A DNA stretch of 49,210 nt from a virus (lineage: Duplodnaviria; Caudoviricetes), in IMG/VR virus record IMGVR_UViG_3300048575_000478, positions 1 through 49,210 of that record; one strand, 5' to 3'. The notes beneath the pieces were generated by a model. That model was not told the origin of the DNA, did not search any database, and saw only the letters and a list, made by a program, of their open reading frames with translations. Each line of letters starts with the position of its first letter. Within the stretch, counting starts at the first letter, position 1. Shown here piece after piece: positions 46,754 to 49,210 of the stretch. Both the position numbers and the translations under genes were made by a program.

Positions 46754-47323
46754 ATGAAAAAAATATTATTGCTATTGGTTACGTGTCTTATGATTTCGTG
46801 TGCAAGTACACGAAAAAGTGTACAAACATCGTGTACAACTGACACATCCATTAATAAAGTCGATAGCCAAACCACAAAGACGGAAAAGTTTATTGATACG
46901 ACAAAAACGGAAAATGGGAAAATAACAATCACCGAAATTGAATTTTTCCCAACCATTAACAATGGGAGCAAACCGGATACAACAAAAAGCGCAATCAATG
47001 TCGATGGCTTAAACCTTGCCAATGTTGGAAGCATTAAAAATGCAGCCATAAAATCAATAAAGCAAACGACAATTGAAAAGAGTTCGGAACAAAAAGGGAA
47101 AAGTAACGAATCAAGCGAAAGCGAAAAAATACAAAGTGCCGTTGTTGCGATTAAAAGCAATCAGACAAGCCAAATTCAAACTTCACCCGCACCCGACCCG
47201 TACCGATGGCGATATATTTTTTATATTTTGGTCTTGGTTGGTATTGCGATGTTGTATTTGAAGCGTGTACCATTCTTGAATTGGATTAAAAAAATCCTTG
47301 CCGGTATTCGGCGTATTTTTTAA
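46754..47323 (+). CDS. Spanin-like lipoprotein (candidate unimolecular spanin)
   Basis: Lipoprotein signal MKKILLLLVTCLMIS-C plus C-terminal TM WRYIFYILVLVGIAMLYL; follows the endolysin. Confidence 0.65.
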   Translation: MKKILLLLVTCLMISCASTRKSVQTSCTTDTSINKVDSQTTKTEKFIDTTKTENGKITITEIEFFPTINNGSKPDTTKSAINVDGLNLANVGSIKNAAIKSIKQTTIEKSSEQKGKSNESSESEKIQSAVVAIKSNQTSQIQTSPAPDPYRWRYIFYILVLVGIAMLYLKRVPFLNWIKKILAGIRRIF

Positions 47324-47380
47324 AGCAGTATATTTGCAAAACATTGTTGCGAAACCCGGAGTTGCGCCGGGTACAATGTT

Positions 47381-47417
47381 GAAGCCCGGCTTTGTCATAA
47401 GGCCGGGCTTCTTTATT
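47381..47417 (+). terminator. Late-operon intrinsic terminator
   Basis: GAAGCCCGGC...GCCGGGCTTC followed by TTTATT. Confidence 0.75.
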
Positions 47418-47430
47418 CCATTTTGGGCAT

Positions 47431-47466
47431 AAAAAAACGCCCAAATGTGTTAATTTTGGGCGTTTT
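47431..47466 (-). terminator. Hairpin downstream of the tRNA
   Basis: AAAACGCCCAAA...TTTGGGCGTTTT with a T7 tract on the minus strand. Confidence 0.6.
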
Positions 47467-47520
47467 CGTGTACACTTTCGTGTCCTTATTACATAAAACA
47501 TTGATATTCAATGTTTATTG

Positions 47521-47605
47521 CGGAGAGACAGGGATTCGAACCCCGGGAACCTCGCAGTTCAACGGTTTTCAAGACCGCCGCAATCGACCACTCTGCCACC
47601 TCTCC
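47521..47605 (-). tRNA. tRNA-Ser (anticodon TGA); its 3' end is the probable att site
   Basis: GGAGAGG/TCTCTCC acceptor stem, GCGGT-CT-TGA-AA-ACCGT anticodon arm, long variable arm, GGTTCGAATCC T-loop; -7 TATCTTTG at 47643-47650. Confidence 0.95.
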
Positions 47606-47854
47606 CAATACTAGTTTATAACGCTTTTCGTTTAAAGCGGTGCAAAGATACATACTATTTTAAAACTTCCAAGCAATATACTAAAAACAAATTATTTTTT
47701 TTAGCTGTCGGGCATTCCACGACCCATAGAATAACTATATATTAGTATTTTTATGCTGAACAACATAAAAACAGCCTTTATTATAGCTGTATTTCACAAA
47801 AAGATAGTAAATTTGCACGCTCTAAAGGATAACTAACCAGTAACTAATAACATT

Positions 47855-49210
47855 ATGGAATCAGTTAAGAAATTCAAAGATGGTCTTTGGAGCAAAGAAA
47901 TCAATGTGAAGGATTTTGTTAGCAATAACATCAAACCGTATGACGGGGATGCTTCCTTCTTACAAGGACCAACAGAAAGAACTAAACAAATTTGGGATAT
48001 TTGCCTTCAGGCAATTGAAGAGGAAAGAGCTAATAACGGACTTCGCTCACTAGATAACAAAACAGTATCAACAATTACTTCTCATAAAGCCGGATATATT
48101 GATAAAAAGAACGAACTGATCGTAGGCTTACAAACAGATGAATTATTGAAACGTGCCATTAAACCCTTTGGCGGTATTAATGTAGTTGCAAGAGCATGTA
48201 AGGAGAACGGTCTGGAAGTTGATGAAAAAGTAAAAGACATTTTTACTCATTACAGAAAGACTCATAATGACGGAGTATTTGATGTGTATACTGATGAAAT
48301 CCGCTCATTCAGATCATTGGGCTTCTTGACCGGATTGCCCGACAATTATGCGCGCGGTCGTGTTATTGGAGATTATCGCAGACTAGCTCTTTATGGTATT
48401 GACAAACTTATTGAAGCTAAATTACAAGATTTGCAGACTCTGACGGGACCAATGACTGAAGCACGTATCCGTTTACGTGAAGAAGTGGCTGATCAGATAA
48501 AAGCATTGAAGGATATAAAAGTGATGGGCGAATACTACGGATTAGATCTTTCCCGTCCGGCTCACACAGCTCAAGAGGCAGTGCAATGGGTGTATATGGC
48601 TTATTTGGCTGCGGTAAAAGAGCAAGATGGTGCAGCCATGTCACTCGGAAACGTTTCTTCATTCTTAGATATCTATATTGATTATGAACTAAGCAATGGA
48701 ACAATTGATGAAACTTTTGCTCAGGAGCTAATTGATCAGTTTGTGATCAAACTTCGTATGGTTCGTCACTTACGCATGCAATCATACAATGATATATTTG
48801 CTGGTGACCCCACATGGGTAACTGAAGCAATTGGAGGACGTTTAAACGATGGTCGTCATAAAGTTACGAAGACATCATTCCGCTTCCTTCAAACATTGTA
48901 CAACTTAGGACCGTCACCCGAACCAAACATGACAGTTCTTTGGTCACCCGAACTCCCTGAAGGATTCAAAAGTTTTTGCGCCAAAGTTTCTATTGATACT
49001 TCTTCTATTCAATATGAGAACGATGATTTGATGCGAAGTGTACGACATTCTGATGACTACGGAATTGCATGTTGCGTATCATTCCAGGATATAGGCCGTC
49101 AAATTCAGTTCTTCGGCGCAAGAGCTAATCTTGCAAAAGCTCTCTTATTGGCTATAAATGGAGGACGTTGCGAAAATACTGGCACATTAATGGTTAAAGA
49201 TATTCCTGTA
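47855..49210 (+). CDS. pflB: Pyruvate formate-lyase (formate C-acetyltransferase), host gene truncated by the window end
   Basis: MESVKKFKDGLWSKEINV..., YRKTHNDGVF, TGLPDNYARGRVIGDYRR, active-site GIACCVS; -7 TAAATTTG at 47808. Confidence 0.95.
   Translation, partial: MESVKKFKDGLWSKEINVKDFVSNNIKPYDGDASFLQGPTERTKQIWDICLQAIEEERANNGLRSLDNKTVSTITSHKAGYIDKKNELIVGLQTDELLKRAIKPFGGINVVARACKENGLEVDEKVKDIFTHYRKTHNDGVFDVYTDEIRSFRSLGFLTGLPDNYARGRVIGDYRRLALYGIDKLIEAKLQDLQTLTGPMTEARIRLREEVADQIKALKDIKVMGEYYGLDLSRPAHTAQEAVQWVYMAYLAAVKEQDGAAMSLGNVSSFLDIYIDYELSNGTIDETFAQELIDQFVIKLRMVRHLRMQSYNDIFAGDPTWVTEAIGGRLNDGRHKVTKTSFRFLQTLYNLGPSPEPNMTVLWSPELPEGFKSFCAKVSIDTSSIQYENDDLMRSVRHSDDYGIACCVSFQDIGRQIQFFGARANLAKALLLAINGGRCENTGTLMVKDIPV

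Larger units (their letters stand above)
1..47520. mobile_element. Temperate siphovirus-like Bacteroidales prophage, left end outside the window, right end at the tRNA-Ser 3' end
   Basis: Contiguous repressor/cro, replication, terminase, portal, capsid, tail, tape measure and lysis genes abutting a tRNA 3' end; host pflB beyond. Confidence 0.95.

Noticed and set aside
1-47520. Identity with Mu-like transposable Bacteroides DGR phages such as Hankyphage
   Set aside because: No DDE transposase or MuB gene seen; the boundary at a tRNA 3' end suggests site-specific integration, although the integrase is outside the window
48417-48704. Minus-strand 95-aa ORF
   Set aside because: Antisense shadow of pflB, which the ORF track missed because it runs off the window end

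Overview
About 47.5 kb of this window is a temperate, siphovirus-like Bacteroidales prophage that ends at the 3' end of a minus-strand tRNA-Ser(TGA) (47521-47605); host pflB follows. The integrase and the other att site must lie beyond the left edge. Gene order: immunity switch (CI-like repressor/Cro), early recombination-replication operon, packaging/head, a reverse-strand accessory operon, tail, a diversity-generating retroelement (DGR), lysis. Main result: one DGR template repeat (TR, 43652-43771) next to a DGR-type reverse transcriptase matches THREE variable repeats. One is the usual C-terminal VR of the adjacent tail-region protein. The other two lie 36 and 41 kb away inside small, paralogous, apparently non-structural genes of the early operon (2210-2743, 7038-7571), and every one of their mismatches to the TR falls on a TR adenine. 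Other observations: an imperfect palindrome (TGTATYA-CTA-TAATACA) at 9 intergenic sites, G9/C9 tracts in both orphan DNA methyltransferases, face-to-face switch promoters, a MuF head protein with an HEXXH extension, a -1 frameshift site in the tail chaperone and a u-spanin-like lipoprotein. Product calls come from motif recognition and synteny by eye; no database searches were run.
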